The notes under the pieces were generated by a model. It saw only the letters and a list, made by a program, of their open reading frames with translations, did not search any database and was not told the DNA's origin. A program made the translations under genes and the position numbers. From Candidatus Hydrogenedentota bacterium (GTDB lineage Bacteria; Hydrogenedentota; Hydrogenedentia; Hydrogenedentales; JAEUWI01), in the NCBI GenBank assembly GCA_034669905.1, contig JAXMOL010000032.1, forward strand, positions 25,097 through 89,096: DNA of 64,000 nt, given 5' to 3'. Of the stretch, positions 47,891 to 58,453 are shown in pieces. How positions within the stretch are numbered: the stretch's first letter is position 1; each line of letters begins with the position of its first letter.

Positions 47891-50812
47891 ATGGATTCCC
47901 TATCAGATATTGCGCTATTGCGGCAATGGCGCGACAGAAGGGACGCACACGCGTTCAATATCCTCGCCCAACGTTACGGCGGACTCGTATTTGGTATCTG
48001 CAACCGGGTGCTGAAAAACGGGGCCGACGCCGAGGAAGTCACCCAGGAGTGCTTCCTCAAACTGGCAACCCATTCCCGGCCCCCGGAACGCTCCCTCGGC
48101 CCCTGGCTCCACTCAGTAGCGGTGCGCAGTTCCCTCAACTTCCTGCGAAGCGAAACACGGCGTCGACACCGGGAGGAAAGGTTTGCCGCCACCCAATCCG
48201 CCGACGATCGGGTGGGGGCGCGGAAGGTTATTGAACACGTCGACGAGGCCATTTCCGCACTGCCGGACGAACTTCGCCATTGTCTCGTGGCAGCCTTCCT
48301 GGAAGGCAAATCCCAGGGGGAAGTGGCAGAGGAACTGGAGCTCTCTCCACGTACGATACGTCGCAAAACAGACGAAGCCATCGAAGGGGTCCGTCGAATT
48401 CTGGCAGAGCGCGGCGTAATGACGGGCACGGGCGCACTTGGGATTATGCTGGCCGGACTGAGGGCGGAGGCAGTTCCCCCGGCGCTGGGCATGGCCCTGG
48501 GCAAACTGGCGGTGAGCGGAAGCAGCGCGACGGGGCAGCAGGCTCCAGGGGCTGTGGCAGAGCGGGCAACATTCAAAGGAGGCACTTTCACCATGAAGCA
48601 TCTCATCTGGGCCGTGGCGGGCATGGCAATCGTAGCAGGCAGTTTCAGCTGGGGCAACCGGGATCGGGGCACCACAGGGGAAGGCCGTGGAAACACCATC
48701 GTGCTGGCACAGCGCACAGAAGCGCCCACTCCGGCACCGGAGGCCATCACTCCGGAAACCGAAACACCCCCTGCAACGGTCGTTCGCTCCGAGGAAAGCC
48801 CACACAGCGCCCCCCCACCGGCCCTCCGTACGATTGCGGATATCCTGCCCATTGCGCAGCCGACGGACTACGCGTCCCTCTCCGGCGTGGTAGAAGACAT
48901 GGCGGGCCAGCCCATTCCCGGCGCCACGGTTTCGGCCCTGGTAGCCGGGGTGACGCTGGAGGAGACGGCGGGCCTGTCTCTGGAGGGGTATCCGGAGCCG
49001 ACCGAGGGCATGGCCGGTGCCATCTTCTCCGAACGTCCCCATCGGGTCCTGGAAAGAGCCTTTGCAACACCTGGGCACCAGTTCCGTGCCCAATCAGGGG
49101 CGGGAGGCGGCTTTCTCCTACGGGATATTCCTTACTATGGCGAGACCCGCATGCTGGCCGAGGCGGATGGCTACGCCCCGGAAATGCAACGCACCCAACT
49201 TACTGCGGCTCCCCATTCCGAGGTACACTTCGCCCTGCGCTCCGCACGCCCGTTGCGGGGACGTATCGTTACGCCGACGGGCACGGGTGTGGTCGATGGC
49301 CGGGTCGCGGTTACGGGGACGCGAAACCAACATGGTGGGGGAAGTTCCAGCAGTTCGCCCCTGCCCGAGTCCTTTTGGGCCCGAACGGATCACGAAGGCT
49401 ATTTTACCCTTTGGATCGCCGACGCCGAGTGGGCAACCGTGATCGTACGCAGCGAACGTTACGGCAAGGGGGCCTTCTACGATGTGCCCGTAGGCAGTGA
49501 AGCACCGGTCACCTTGGCCCTCACATCCCATATGGGCGCCTTGGAAGGGCACCTTGTTCTCGCCACCACCCAGCCCGCAAGCGGCTATTATGTTCATCTG
49601 GCCGGGGCACTCCACGACACCGCTTCGGACAGTGAAAGCAGTCCCCAATTTCCGCTCGACGGATCGCGCTTCGAGATCCAGACCGATTCTGAAGGACGAT
49701 TCGAAATCGCGCCCATCCCCACCAATGAAGAATTCAAGGCTGCGATCTATGATGCCACGGGCAAGAAAGTCGGTGATGCCAGTGTACCGGTCCTCCTGCC
49801 CAAGACATTGACGCCGTGGACCCATCGGCTGGAAGCACCCACGCGTATTACCGGAAGGGTAATCGCCCGGAAGAGCGGGAAAGGCATGGCCAACGTGCTC
49901 GTCCGTGGCATGCGGGCTGCCGACTTGGGACATCGCGGGCTGACTATCGACAGCACGACCACGGCGGAAGATGGCTCCTTTACGCTGGCGCTCTATTCCG
50001 GAGACGGAGAGTACCTGGTCCAGGCCACGACCGATCCCCACGCGGGCGTGACCCACGATCCCACGCTCTACGAATCCGTCGTGGTCAAAAGAGGCAAGCC
50101 ACCGCACGTCACCATCCAACTGGCGGAAACTTGGTCCCGTCGCTTTCTGGTGGTGGATCCGCATGGGAACCCCGTTCCCGAGGCGACCGTACGGCTGAAT
50201 CAAATGGGTCCGCAGGGCGGATCGCAGCGCCACCTCCGGGGGGTGTCGACCGACGAGACAGGGCTATTCACGTACGAGCAGCTGGCGGGGGACGCGAAAT
50301 CGGTGTTTACCTTTCAGAAAGCAGGTTTTCTGGACACCGAGAGCGTGGCCCTTTCGGCACCGGATGTGGAGCACACCGTGGAAGAGATCATTACCCTGTA
50401 TCCCGCCGCGACAGTTACCCTTCGCGCACTGACGGGTTCCGGGGCTCCCTTGTCGGATACGGAACTTCTCGCCACCGTGTACCTCCCCGACGGCACGGTG
50501 CGTAGCATCGATGTCACCAGCGACGCCGACGGGTGGATTATTCTCCGGGACTGGCTCCCTGCGACCGTCATCGATCTAAGCCTCCGCCTCCCGGGGAACG
50601 ACACGGCAGACGGCCAGAAGATGTTTATGGGGGGCAGCGGCGCCCCGACCGTTGCCATGCGAGAACGTATGGCGGCGCTCGCCGTGAAGACTGCCGCAGC
50701 GCAGAACACCCCCTCCGCCCTGCTGGAAGGGGTTGCACTCCAGGCAGCCATGGAGACGGAACTGGGCGATGTCTGGCTTCAGACGCCATCGAAGGGTGTG
50801 ACTTCCCAATAA
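47891..50812 (+). CDS. ECF sigma factor fused to a TM helix and extracytoplasmic carboxypeptidase-regulatory-like repeats
   Basis: Region 2 (DAEEVTQECFL..WLHSVA) and region 4 (LPDELR...SQGEVAEEL), then a hydrophobic segment and beta-sandwich repeats. Confidence 0.88.
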   Translation: MDSLSDIALLRQWRDRRDAHAFNILAQRYGGLVFGICNRVLKNGADAEEVTQECFLKLATHSRPPERSLGPWLHSVAVRSSLNFLRSETRRRHREERFAATQSADDRVGARKVIEHVDEAISALPDELRHCLVAAFLEGKSQGEVAEELELSPRTIRRKTDEAIEGVRRILAERGVMTGTGALGIMLAGLRAEAVPPALGMALGKLAVSGSSATGQQAPGAVAERATFKGGTFTMKHLIWAVAGMAIVAGSFSWGNRDRGTTGEGRGNTIVLAQRTEAPTPAPEAITPETETPPATVVRSEESPHSAPPPALRTIADILPIAQPTDYASLSGVVEDMAGQPIPGATVSALVAGVTLEETAGLSLEGYPEPTEGMAGAIFSERPHRVLERAFATPGHQFRAQSGAGGGFLLRDIPYYGETRMLAEADGYAPEMQRTQLTAAPHSEVHFALRSARPLRGRIVTPTGTGVVDGRVAVTGTRNQHGGGSSSSSPLPESFWARTDHEGYFTLWIADAEWATVIVRSERYGKGAFYDVPVGSEAPVTLALTSHMGALEGHLVLATTQPASGYYVHLAGALHDTASDSESSPQFPLDGSRFEIQTDSEGRFEIAPIPTNEEFKAAIYDATGKKVGDASVPVLLPKTLTPWTHRLEAPTRITGRVIARKSGKGMANVLVRGMRAADLGHRGLTIDSTTTAEDGSFTLALYSGDGEYLVQATTDPHAGVTHDPTLYESVVVKRGKPPHVTIQLAETWSRRFLVVDPHGNPVPEATVRLNQMGPQGGSQRHLRGVSTDETGLFTYEQLAGDAKSVFTFQKAGFLDTESVALSAPDVEHTVEEIITLYPAATVTLRALTGSGAPLSDTELLATVYLPDGTVRSIDVTSDADGWIILRDWLPATVIDLSLRLPGNDTADGQKMFMGGSGAPTVAMRERMAALAVKTAAAQNTPSALLEGVALQAAMETELGDVWLQTPSKGVTSQ

Positions 50813-50931
50813 GGACCCCGTTAACGGGCCATGGAGCCGCCCCCTGTGCGGTGGCTTCATGGCCTTCGCCTTGCCGTCGTACCCGCCCGTGCGTTAGGCT
50901 GCCAAAGAGCCCCAAACCTCGGAGGTCCCCC

Positions 50932-51708
50932 ATGCTGCTCACCTGTGCCGTCCTGTTGCTCCTCTACGCCCTCCTACTCTGGGTAGCAAGTGCCCTCCTG
51001 CACGACGCCAGTATTATCGACCGATTCTGGGGCGCGGGATTCATTCTGGTGGGGGCAACAGGCCTCTGGCAGGCGGAGACGATCACATCCCACCACGCCC
51101 TGCTGGTCGGACTGGTCACCCTCTGGGGAGCGCGCTTGTCGCTCCATCTGACGTGGCGCAACTGGGGCACCGGAGAAGATTACCGCTACCGCGCGATGCG
51201 AGAAAAACATGGGCGCGCCTTCGTCTGGAAAAGTCTCTTCTCCGTGTTTCTCCTGCAGGCATTCCTGACCTGGTTTATTTCCCTTCCCCTCCAGTGGACC
51301 TTCGTCTCCCCGGTGGAAGGCCCCCTGCCTCCCCTCGCACTCGCTGGCACGGCAATTTTTGCTATCGGATTCCTTTTCGAGGGGATCGGCGACTGGCAAC
51401 TGGCCCGCTTCAAGGCGAACCCTGAAAACGCGGGGAAGGTCATGGACCAGGGCCTGTGGCACTATACGCGTCACCCCAATTACTTTGGCGACGCGGTCTT
51501 GTGGTGGGGACTCTACCTCAGTGCCCTGCCCGCGCCCGGGACGATTTACACCTTCCTCAGCCCGGTGGTCATGACCCTCTTCCTGATGAAGGTATCGGGA
51601 GTCCCACTCCTGGAAAAACGTATGGCCGAAACACGCCCGGCCTATGCGGACTATGCGCAGCGCACACCAACGTTCTTTCCGTGGTGGCCGAAACCCGACA
51701 GGTCGTAA
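50932..51708 (+). CDS. DUF1295 / steroid 5-alpha-reductase-like membrane protein
   Basis: SIIDRFWG, EDYRY, GDWQL..FK, GLWHYTRHPNYFG, SGVPLLE; GGAGG RBS. Confidence 0.92.
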   Translation: MLLTCAVLLLLYALLLWVASALLHDASIIDRFWGAGFILVGATGLWQAETITSHHALLVGLVTLWGARLSLHLTWRNWGTGEDYRYRAMREKHGRAFVWKSLFSVFLLQAFLTWFISLPLQWTFVSPVEGPLPPLALAGTAIFAIGFLFEGIGDWQLARFKANPENAGKVMDQGLWHYTRHPNYFGDAVLWWGLYLSALPAPGTIYTFLSPVVMTLFLMKVSGVPLLEKRMAETRPAYADYAQRTPTFFPWWPKPDRS

Positions 51709-51732
51709 CCCACAGCGCCCCGGGCATAGCCC

Positions 51733-53025
51733 CTACTCCAGGTCGCCGAGGAGCATAATGGCACCGGCGTACCAATTGGTCCCGTCAAAGCGTTCCGGCT
51801 TGTCCATCGTGTTTCCATTCTTGCTCAAGATGGCCGCCTTGTCGGGCTGCTCCGGGTGAACCGTGACTTCCACCGTGTGGACGCCCTCTTCCAGGCCCGT
51901 CGCGAGTGTGAGGGTCGCGAGGCGGTGATAGGTGCAGTAGGCGTCGAAGCGGGGCACCACCTTGGGCTCACCGCCGTCGACACGGACCGTCACTTGTCCA
52001 CAATCGGGGCCGACCAGATCGTAGATGGCCGCATGGGTTCCGCGAAAGCGAAAGGTGAGGGTGGTTCCCGGAGTTTCGGCCCGCCACATGGCCGGCATCT
52101 TCGATTGGAAGCGCTTAGCCAACGCGTTGGCCTTGGGGTCCAGCCTGACCCAACCTTCCCCCAATTTTGCGTGGTCAAAAGGCACCATCTTGGCCTTTTC
52201 CCAGTTATCGGCGACAAAGGGATCGGGCAGGGCGTGGGTCCCCGGCGTGCCCCCTTCCTTGATGGACGTCATGGCACGGGATACCGCTTCCAGATAGAGC
52301 ACATGCCCCCCTTCGGGGTAGGGGTGCACACCGTCTTTGGAGAAAAGGATTTTACCTCCCAGGGCGGCCTTTTCTGCCTCGGATTCGGGTTGGGGTGCCT
52401 TAAAGATGACCGTGCCTGCCGCCTCGCGCCGTGCCACTTCCAGGCCCATGTGGATCGAGGGAATGCCGTAATGGTCAGCAATGTGCTCCATGGCGCTGGC
52501 GGCCCGGGGAAACTTACCCCCTTGCAGGTCTTCGAGCATCTTGTCGGTGAGCGTATAGACGAAACAGATATCGGTGGTGGGGTCGGCCTTCCGGGTTTGT
52601 CGGACGATGCCTTCCATGGAGCGGTAGATGCTCTCGGGGGCCGTGCCACCGTCGTTAACCGCAAACTCCACGAAGAGCAGGTCGGGTTTATGTTGCAACA
52701 CATCCTGCTGCACCCGGAAGACGCCGAGATTCGATCCGGTGCCGCCGATGGCCGCATTGAGCTCCGACAGCTTCGCTCCGGGATACTGCGCCTGAAACCA
52801 GGCGAGGGTCTTAGGGCGCCACCCGGGCTGGGCTGTGATACTGCCGCCAAGATAGCCAATCTTAACTGCGGCACCCGATTCGAGCTTGGCGAAGAAATTC
52901 GGAAGACCATCGCGGACGGTGTATTCCACCGCGTCGCGGAGTGGGAAGTCCGGGGCGTCTTCGGCGTGGATGACCAGAGATGTGAGTAGAATAAAAAGGC
53001 TGGGGACGTAACGTAGAAGTCGCAT
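51733..53025 (-). CDS. Exported SGNH/GDSL hydrolase with C-terminal beta domain
   Basis: LGGSIT, AAIGGTGS, EFAVND, DGVHP; signal peptide from ATG 53025. Confidence 0.88.
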   Translation of the reverse strand: MRLLRYVPSLFILLTSLVIHAEDAPDFPLRDAVEYTVRDGLPNFFAKLESGAAVKIGYLGGSITAQPGWRPKTLAWFQAQYPGAKLSELNAAIGGTGSNLGVFRVQQDVLQHKPDLLFVEFAVNDGGTAPESIYRSMEGIVRQTRKADPTTDICFVYTLTDKMLEDLQGGKFPRAASAMEHIADHYGIPSIHMGLEVARREAAGTVIFKAPQPESEAEKAALGGKILFSKDGVHPYPEGGHVLYLEAVSRAMTSIKEGGTPGTHALPDPFVADNWEKAKMVPFDHAKLGEGWVRLDPKANALAKRFQSKMPAMWRAETPGTTLTFRFRGTHAAIYDLVGPDCGQVTVRVDGGEPKVVPRFDAYCTYHRLATLTLATGLEEGVHTVEVTVHPEQPDKAAILSKNGNTMDKPERFDGTNWYAGAIMLLGDLE

Positions 53026-53185
53026 AGAATTACCTTTGGGATGTGTACGGAACAGATTTACTCCGGATGATTCTCGTTTATCCACGGTATTGGGTGCAAG
53101 CCTTGGGAACAGGCTGCCCCCGTCCCGCTGGAGCGGAACGGCAGGCGTCACGACGGGAGACCGTCGTGACGAGTAACATGAGGAG

Positions 53186-53288
53186 GGGGACAGCCTCGAC
53201 CTCGCCGACATGAGCCCAATTTATGGCCTCGCTGACCGCCAAGACGGTTGCGTACGTAGGGATAGCAAACCGGGTCGAGGCAGTCCCC
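53186..53288. repeat. 103-bp element bounded by 16-bp inverted repeats (REP/MITE-like)
   Basis: GGGGACAGCCTCGACC (53186-53201)/GGTCGAGGCAGTCCCC (53273-53288), 15/16 match. Confidence 0.55.
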
Positions 53289-53302
53289 GCAGTCCCCATG
53301 CG

Positions 53303-53335
53303 AAAACGCCCGCGTCTCGATTGAAACGCGGGCGT
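53303..53335 (-). terminator. Terminator of the PFOR gene
   Basis: ACGCCCGCGT/ACGCGGGCGT stem with TTTT on the minus strand. Confidence 0.7.
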
Positions 53336-53362
53336 CGTATTACTTATGGGTTGGGCAGCAGG

Positions 53363-56300
53363 CTATGCCTTGGCTTCTTCTTCCAGGGCTGCTGCACCTT
53401 TGGCCCACACGTCTTCGCGGGTGATTTTACCGGCGTCGAGGGCTTTGATGAGCTTGCGCTGCAACAAGTAGTCCTTGTTTTCCTGACCAGCCTTGCTCTG
53501 GAGCATACGCCAGGCCTTGCGGCGCTCGACGTTGAAGAGGACCATCTGACGGGAAAGCTTCATGGGGAAGATATTTCCACTGGCTCCTTCCACCATGACG
53601 TAGGACCCGAAATCGGGTACGAAGCTACGGGATTCGGGGTCGATGTAACGACGGTTGACCACGTCTCCCTGTTCGATGCAGAGCAGGAGATTGTCCAACG
53701 GCACCATGTTGGCCACATCTTCTTCCGTGGTCTTCTTGATGTGCTGACGGAAGCGCGCTTCGGTCGCCGCCCAGTGGGACACCGTGTAGTTGTACTTCTC
53801 TTTGGTCGACTTGTAGGTTGCCGTCATCCAATCCTGATCGGGATTGCGGTTACCTTTCAGGCTCATGGCCTCGTCGTAGGTTTCGCCGAGGGCCGGGTTA
53901 AAGGTGAACTCGGGAAGACCGCGGGAATCCCGGATCATCTTGGCCTGCTGGGTCGCCATATCATCCCCCACGCCGTGTTCGGGCTGGCAGGTGGTGAAGC
54001 ACAGGTAGAAGGCCGTACCCCGGTAGGTGAGGCCATCGAGCAGGCATTTGTAGAACTTGGGCTCGTCGGCCATAGAGACCTGGGCGATATAGGGTGAACC
54101 GTGACCGCTGGTAAAGGACTCGGCGATGTTTTTCATCTCGACGAGCTTGCCCTGCGATGCGGCACCGAACTGGTTCATATCGAAGCCACCCGTCATGGGC
54201 GAGGCATCCGAGTTCTGACCACCGGTGTTGGAGTAGACCTGGGTATCGAGCATGAGGCACTTGATGTTGGGCCGGTTCTGCACGATAACCTTGGAGACGT
54301 TCTGGTAGCCAATGTCGCCCATACCACCGTCACCGCCGACGCACCAGACTTTGGGCAGTTCGGCAATTTCCCGCTCGGTCATGAGCGTATCGGTGAAGTG
54401 GGTATAGTTGAAGTAATCCACCTCGGTCATGGCGCGGCCTTCGAGCAAATGATCGGCCAGACGCTCCGGCGTAATGGAGAAGCGCGCATTTTCGATCATG
54501 AAGCTCTCGCCCATGAGCCAGCTGATGGTGGCACCATCCTGGAAGAGGGAGTTCATCCAGGGGTAAGGGTGCGGATTGTTGGGCGGTGTGGAGCCGTACA
54601 CCGTGTTACACCCGGTGTGGGCACCCATGGCCATGACGGACATGCCGTTGGAAAGGCGTCCGTCCAGGGCCTGCAGGGTATCGTGATTGAAGGCCGTCTG
54701 ACGCATTACCGCCACGAGCGCCTCAATAAGCTGTGCGTCGCTGATTACCCCGTGTTTCGCGAGCCGGTAGGTGGTGTCGTCGTCAGTCTCACCACCCAGT
54801 CCCATGATAATGTGGGCCACCGAACGCTTGAACAACGCGTGGGCTTCGGGCGACTTTTTCGCCAGGGCTTCGAGTGACGCCAGGCCATTCTGCTCCAGCT
54901 CATTGGCTTTCATACGGAAGCGTTTGGCCTTGGAGTGATAGAGGGGGCGCATGTAGGCTTCGGTCACCGACGCGAGGGCGTGGAGCACGGATTTCTCACC
55001 GCAACCGGCGCAGGCACCATCACCCGACACCATGGCCTCATAGTTCCGTCGCACCATAAAGTGGTTACGCAGGGCCGCCTGACGGGATTCTTCCGGGCTT
55101 TCGGCGTCGTATTTGCCGAGGTATTTGTCGGGCGTTTCGGGCAGCAGGTCAAAGAAGTTCTGCGCCGACGTAATTCCCGAGTTCACTTCTTCGTTGTCCG
55201 GCACCATGACCAGGGCATTGTGATCGCCACATTCCGTCACGCACTCGCCGCACCCTTTGCACAGGTCCGATACGAAGATGGAGAACATACCGCCGGAACC
55301 CGCTTCTTTCTTCTCGCGGCTGGCGAAAATGGCGTTGGTCTTGGTATAGGCCACGGGCACACGATTCAATACGGTGCTCAGTTCTTCACGGGATTCGCCG
55401 GAGACAACACCCTGAAGGTCAATCTCATCCATGATGAGTTCGGCATAGCTGGGCGGTTCTTTGGACTTGGCGTTCTCCAGCATCTTGGCGCGAACCGTCG
55501 TGTCGATAGCCGGTACAGCTTCGAGCAGTTTCTTGCGGTCCTCTTCATCACGCACGTAGTTGGTGATGGCCGTTTCCATGATGGTCGACAAGTCCTGGGC
55601 CGTATTGGGCAGGGCGGTGTCGGGACAGGCCGCGATGCATTCCATACACTGGGTGCAGTTTTCCGGAATCCATTTGGGCGTTTCCCGCCGGGCACCATAC
55701 TTGGAAGCCGTGGCGCCGGAGCCCGCCGCCATGACGCCCACGGAGGACAGGGGCGAAGCCGGCTGGTTGTAGCCCAGGCCCGCACGGTACTCGTCGTCAA
55801 AGGTTTTCATTTTGTACATGGGCACGCGCTCGGGCTGAGCCTCGGGCGTACCGCAACCACAGCGGCTTCCGCAACCGGTGAGGGGCTCGAGGGCCGCGCC
55901 GCGCATGCTGGATGCGTCCATGGCTGCCACGTCGCCGTAGTTTACCTTCTGGAGTCGCTCACCCCCCTGAATCATGACTTCCATGTTGGAGGCCACGACC
56001 GACTCACCGAAACGTCCAAACTTCTTGTTGTACTGGGCTTCCACCAGCTCACGGAAGAGTTCTTCGGAAATATCGAAATTCTGAAGGAGGGGCGAAACCT
56101 TGAAGAAGGCACCGAGGAAGGCGTTGCCCTGCATACGAAGCTGCAGGTCCGGCCGGTCGGTAGCTTCCTTGGCGATCTTGAAGCCGGGCAGGATGTAGAC
56201 ATTGATGTTCTTGTCGATAATCTGCTGGCGGTATTTCTTGGGGATACGGGTCCAGGCCTTTTCGGGCGTTTCTTCGGATTCCCACACCAGGGTGCCGCCT

Positions 56301-58009
56301 TCGGCGATACCGTCGATGGGATTGATGTGGGTGAAGGCCCGGGGGTCGCAGCACAGCACCACGTTCACGTGACGCAGGTCGCAATTCACCCGAACCCGCT
56401 CGGGGGCCGCCACGAGGAAATAGGACGTGGGCGAACCTTTTTTCTCGGAGCCATATTTGGGGTTGGCGCTGATGTGGATGACTTCGCCCTGCTGGTCGAA
56501 CTCGTCTTTCACGCCATCGCGCTCGGCCACATGGTTACCGATCTCACCGACGATCTCCGCCAGGTTCTTACCGGTCGTGATCATACCCCAGCCGCCGATG
56601 GAGTGGAGTCGGACGGCTACTGCATTTTCCGGCAGCAGCGAGGGGGTCTCTTCGGAGCGCACGTTGTAGGGGTGCTCGATTCCAAGGGTGAAGAAAGAGG
56701 CCCCATCGGCCAGGGTTTTGCCATCCTGGCGCTTCGTCTGGCCCTGGGTATATTCGTAGGCCCCGATGATATCTTCGGGCCGGAAGTCACGGGAGCCGAG
56801 TCCATAGATACCCGTGGCAATATGCGGCATCTCTGCGGGCGAAATCGCGGGAATACCGGCATAGGCCACGCCATCGTGATTCTGGAGGGCCTTGCTGAGG
56901 GCGGTGCGAATGTCGCGCGCCATGGGGTTGTCACCGGCCATAGGCTCATCGGTACGCTCGAGGATGATGACCTGCTTCTTGCCGGCCAGGGCTTTCACCA
57001 TGGCGGCTTCCGGGAAGGGGCGAATCACGTTGAGATGGATCGAGCCGACCTTGGCGTTCCGCGTCTTGCGGAGGTAGTCGGTGGCCGCTTCGATGTTTTC
57101 GGCGGCCGAACCCATGGAGACATAAACCGTATCGGCGTCTTCCGTGTTGTATTCGCTGATGAGGCCATAACGACGGCCAGTCAACTCAGCGAACTCCTCA
57201 TAGGCTTCTTCAAGGAAACCGAGGATGGGTTCAATAAAGTTGTTACGACGTGCCGCCACGCCGTTCATGTAGTGTTCCTGATTCTGCACCGGGCCGATCA
57301 TGGCGGGGTGCTGCAAATCAATCACCTTGGGTACCCGCAACCGGGTCGGGCCGAAGAGGGTACGCTGGGTCTCCGTCGGGCACTCGATGATATCGTCGGG
57401 GGAACCCAGGAACTCCCGGATCAAATCGGACTCGTGCTTGAGGAAGGTCCGCTCCAGGTGGGAGGTCAGGAAGCCGTCCTGGATATTCATGCCGGGCGTG
57501 AGAGACTTTTCCGTGACCTTACGGATGATCAGGGCCTGATCTGCCGCCTGCTGGGCATCTTTGCCGAAAAGCATAATCCAGCCTACGTCCAGCGCGGCAT
57601 AGATATCATCGTGGCCACAGTGCACGTTGAGGGCATGTTTGGTGAGGGCACGCGCCGCCACCTCAATGACCATGGTGGAGAGCTTGCCGGGAGCGTGGTA
57701 GTACTGCTCGATACCGTAGACAATACCCTGGCCGCTGGTGAAGTTTACCGTACGACGTCCGGTTACGGAGTAGGCAATGGCACCACCCTGGGCCGCGTGT
57801 TCGCCCTCACATTCGATGGCAATCTTTTGACGTCCAAAGACGTTGAGCTTCCCTTCCGCATAAGACTGCTGGTAGAGCTCCCCCATTTCCGTCGATGCGG
57901 TAATGGGATAGAAAATGCCACCGTCGGTCAATCGCGTTTCCGTATGGTAGGAAACCAGCTGATTGCCGTTGGTCGTAATTCGTGTGCCCGGATACTTGGG
58001 TGTAGCCAT
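53363..58009 (-). CDS. Single-chain pyruvate:ferredoxin/flavodoxin oxidoreductase (PFOR/NifJ-like)
   Basis: YPITAS, FTSGQG, YGSEKKG, 4Fe-4S motifs CTQCMECIAACP and CKGCGECVTEC, GACAGCGE, GGDG, LDTQVYSNTGGQ. Confidence 0.95.
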   Translation of the reverse strand: MATPKYPGTRITTNGNQLVSYHTETRLTDGGIFYPITASTEMGELYQQSYAEGKLNVFGRQKIAIECEGEHAAQGGAIAYSVTGRRTVNFTSGQGIVYGIEQYYHAPGKLSTMVIEVAARALTKHALNVHCGHDDIYAALDVGWIMLFGKDAQQAADQALIIRKVTEKSLTPGMNIQDGFLTSHLERTFLKHESDLIREFLGSPDDIIECPTETQRTLFGPTRLRVPKVIDLQHPAMIGPVQNQEHYMNGVAARRNNFIEPILGFLEEAYEEFAELTGRRYGLISEYNTEDADTVYVSMGSAAENIEAATDYLRKTRNAKVGSIHLNVIRPFPEAAMVKALAGKKQVIILERTDEPMAGDNPMARDIRTALSKALQNHDGVAYAGIPAISPAEMPHIATGIYGLGSRDFRPEDIIGAYEYTQGQTKRQDGKTLADGASFFTLGIEHPYNVRSEETPSLLPENAVAVRLHSIGGWGMITTGKNLAEIVGEIGNHVAERDGVKDEFDQQGEVIHISANPKYGSEKKGSPTSYFLVAAPERVRVNCDLRHVNVVLCCDPRAFTHINPIDGIAEGGTLVWESEETPEKAWTRIPKKYRQQIIDKNINVYILPGFKIAKEATDRPDLQLRMQGNAFLGAFFKVSPLLQNFDISEELFRELVEAQYNKKFGRFGESVVASNMEVMIQGGERLQKVNYGDVAAMDASSMRGAALEPLTGCGSRCGCGTPEAQPERVPMYKMKTFDDEYRAGLGYNQPASPLSSVGVMAAGSGATASKYGARRETPKWIPENCTQCMECIAACPDTALPNTAQDLSTIMETAITNYVRDEEDRKKLLEAVPAIDTTVRAKMLENAKSKEPPSYAELIMDEIDLQGVVSGESREELSTVLNRVPVAYTKTNAIFASREKKEAGSGGMFSIFVSDLCKGCGECVTECGDHNALVMVPDNEEVNSGITSAQNFFDLLPETPDKYLGKYDAESPEESRQAALRNHFMVRRNYEAMVSGDGACAGCGEKSVLHALASVTEAYMRPLYHSKAKRFRMKANELEQNGLASLEALAKKSPEAHALFKRSVAHIIMGLGGETDDDTTYRLAKHGVISDAQLIEALVAVMRQTAFNHDTLQALDGRLSNGMSVMAMGAHTGCNTVYGSTPPNNPHPYPWMNSLFQDGATISWLMGESFMIENARFSITPERLADHLLEGRAMTEVDYFNYTHFTDTLMTEREIAELPKVWCVGGDGGMGDIGYQNVSKVIVQNRPNIKCLMLDTQVYSNTGGQNSDASPMTGGFDMNQFGAASQGKLVEMKNIAESFTSGHGSPYIAQVSMADEPKFYKCLLDGLTYRGTAFYLCFTTCQPEHGVGDDMATQQAKMIRDSRGLPEFTFNPALGETYDEAMSLKGNRNPDQDWMTATYKSTKEKYNYTVSHWAATEARFRQHIKKTTEEDVANMVPLDNLLLCIEQGDVVNRRYIDPESRSFVPDFGSYVMVEGASGNIFPMKLSRQMVLFNVERRKAWRMLQSKAGQENKDYLLQRKLIKALDAGKITREDVWAKGAAALEEEAKA

Positions 58010-58453
58010 TGCTATATCGCCTTTCTCTCATGGTCCCGTTGCATCGCTGCCCGCTGGACGCCGAGATATGATGGTTTTATGACGAGGGAGGAAATGTCTT
58101 CCTTTGCTCTAACCTCGTAATTACAATGCCCGATGGGATGGTCTATCGGACCCGACTCAGAACCTGCGTGAGGCCCTCTTGCAGCGTGCTATTCTACGCT
58201 ATCCGGACGCTTCGATGCGAACGAAGCGCGCGGCCTGAAAACTTTCTGAACGCAGCCCCCCCACAGGCACTCGAATCCCTGTTTCTCTATTAATAGCAAT
58301 CGGTTGGGAACTTGATAGCCTCCGGATATACCGGGTAGGATGCATAAGCTACATCGTAAAGATATATTATGCGTACTCCTATACACCGTAAACAGTCTTT
58401 TTACCCCTAAAATTCCCGCCTGGCGGGAGTGCCCGTGGCACGCAGGAGGCCGG

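Noticed and set aside
54935..58120. 1061-aa ORF antisense to PFOR
   Set aside because: Typical stop-free mirror frame of a codon-biased gene; no domain-like content.
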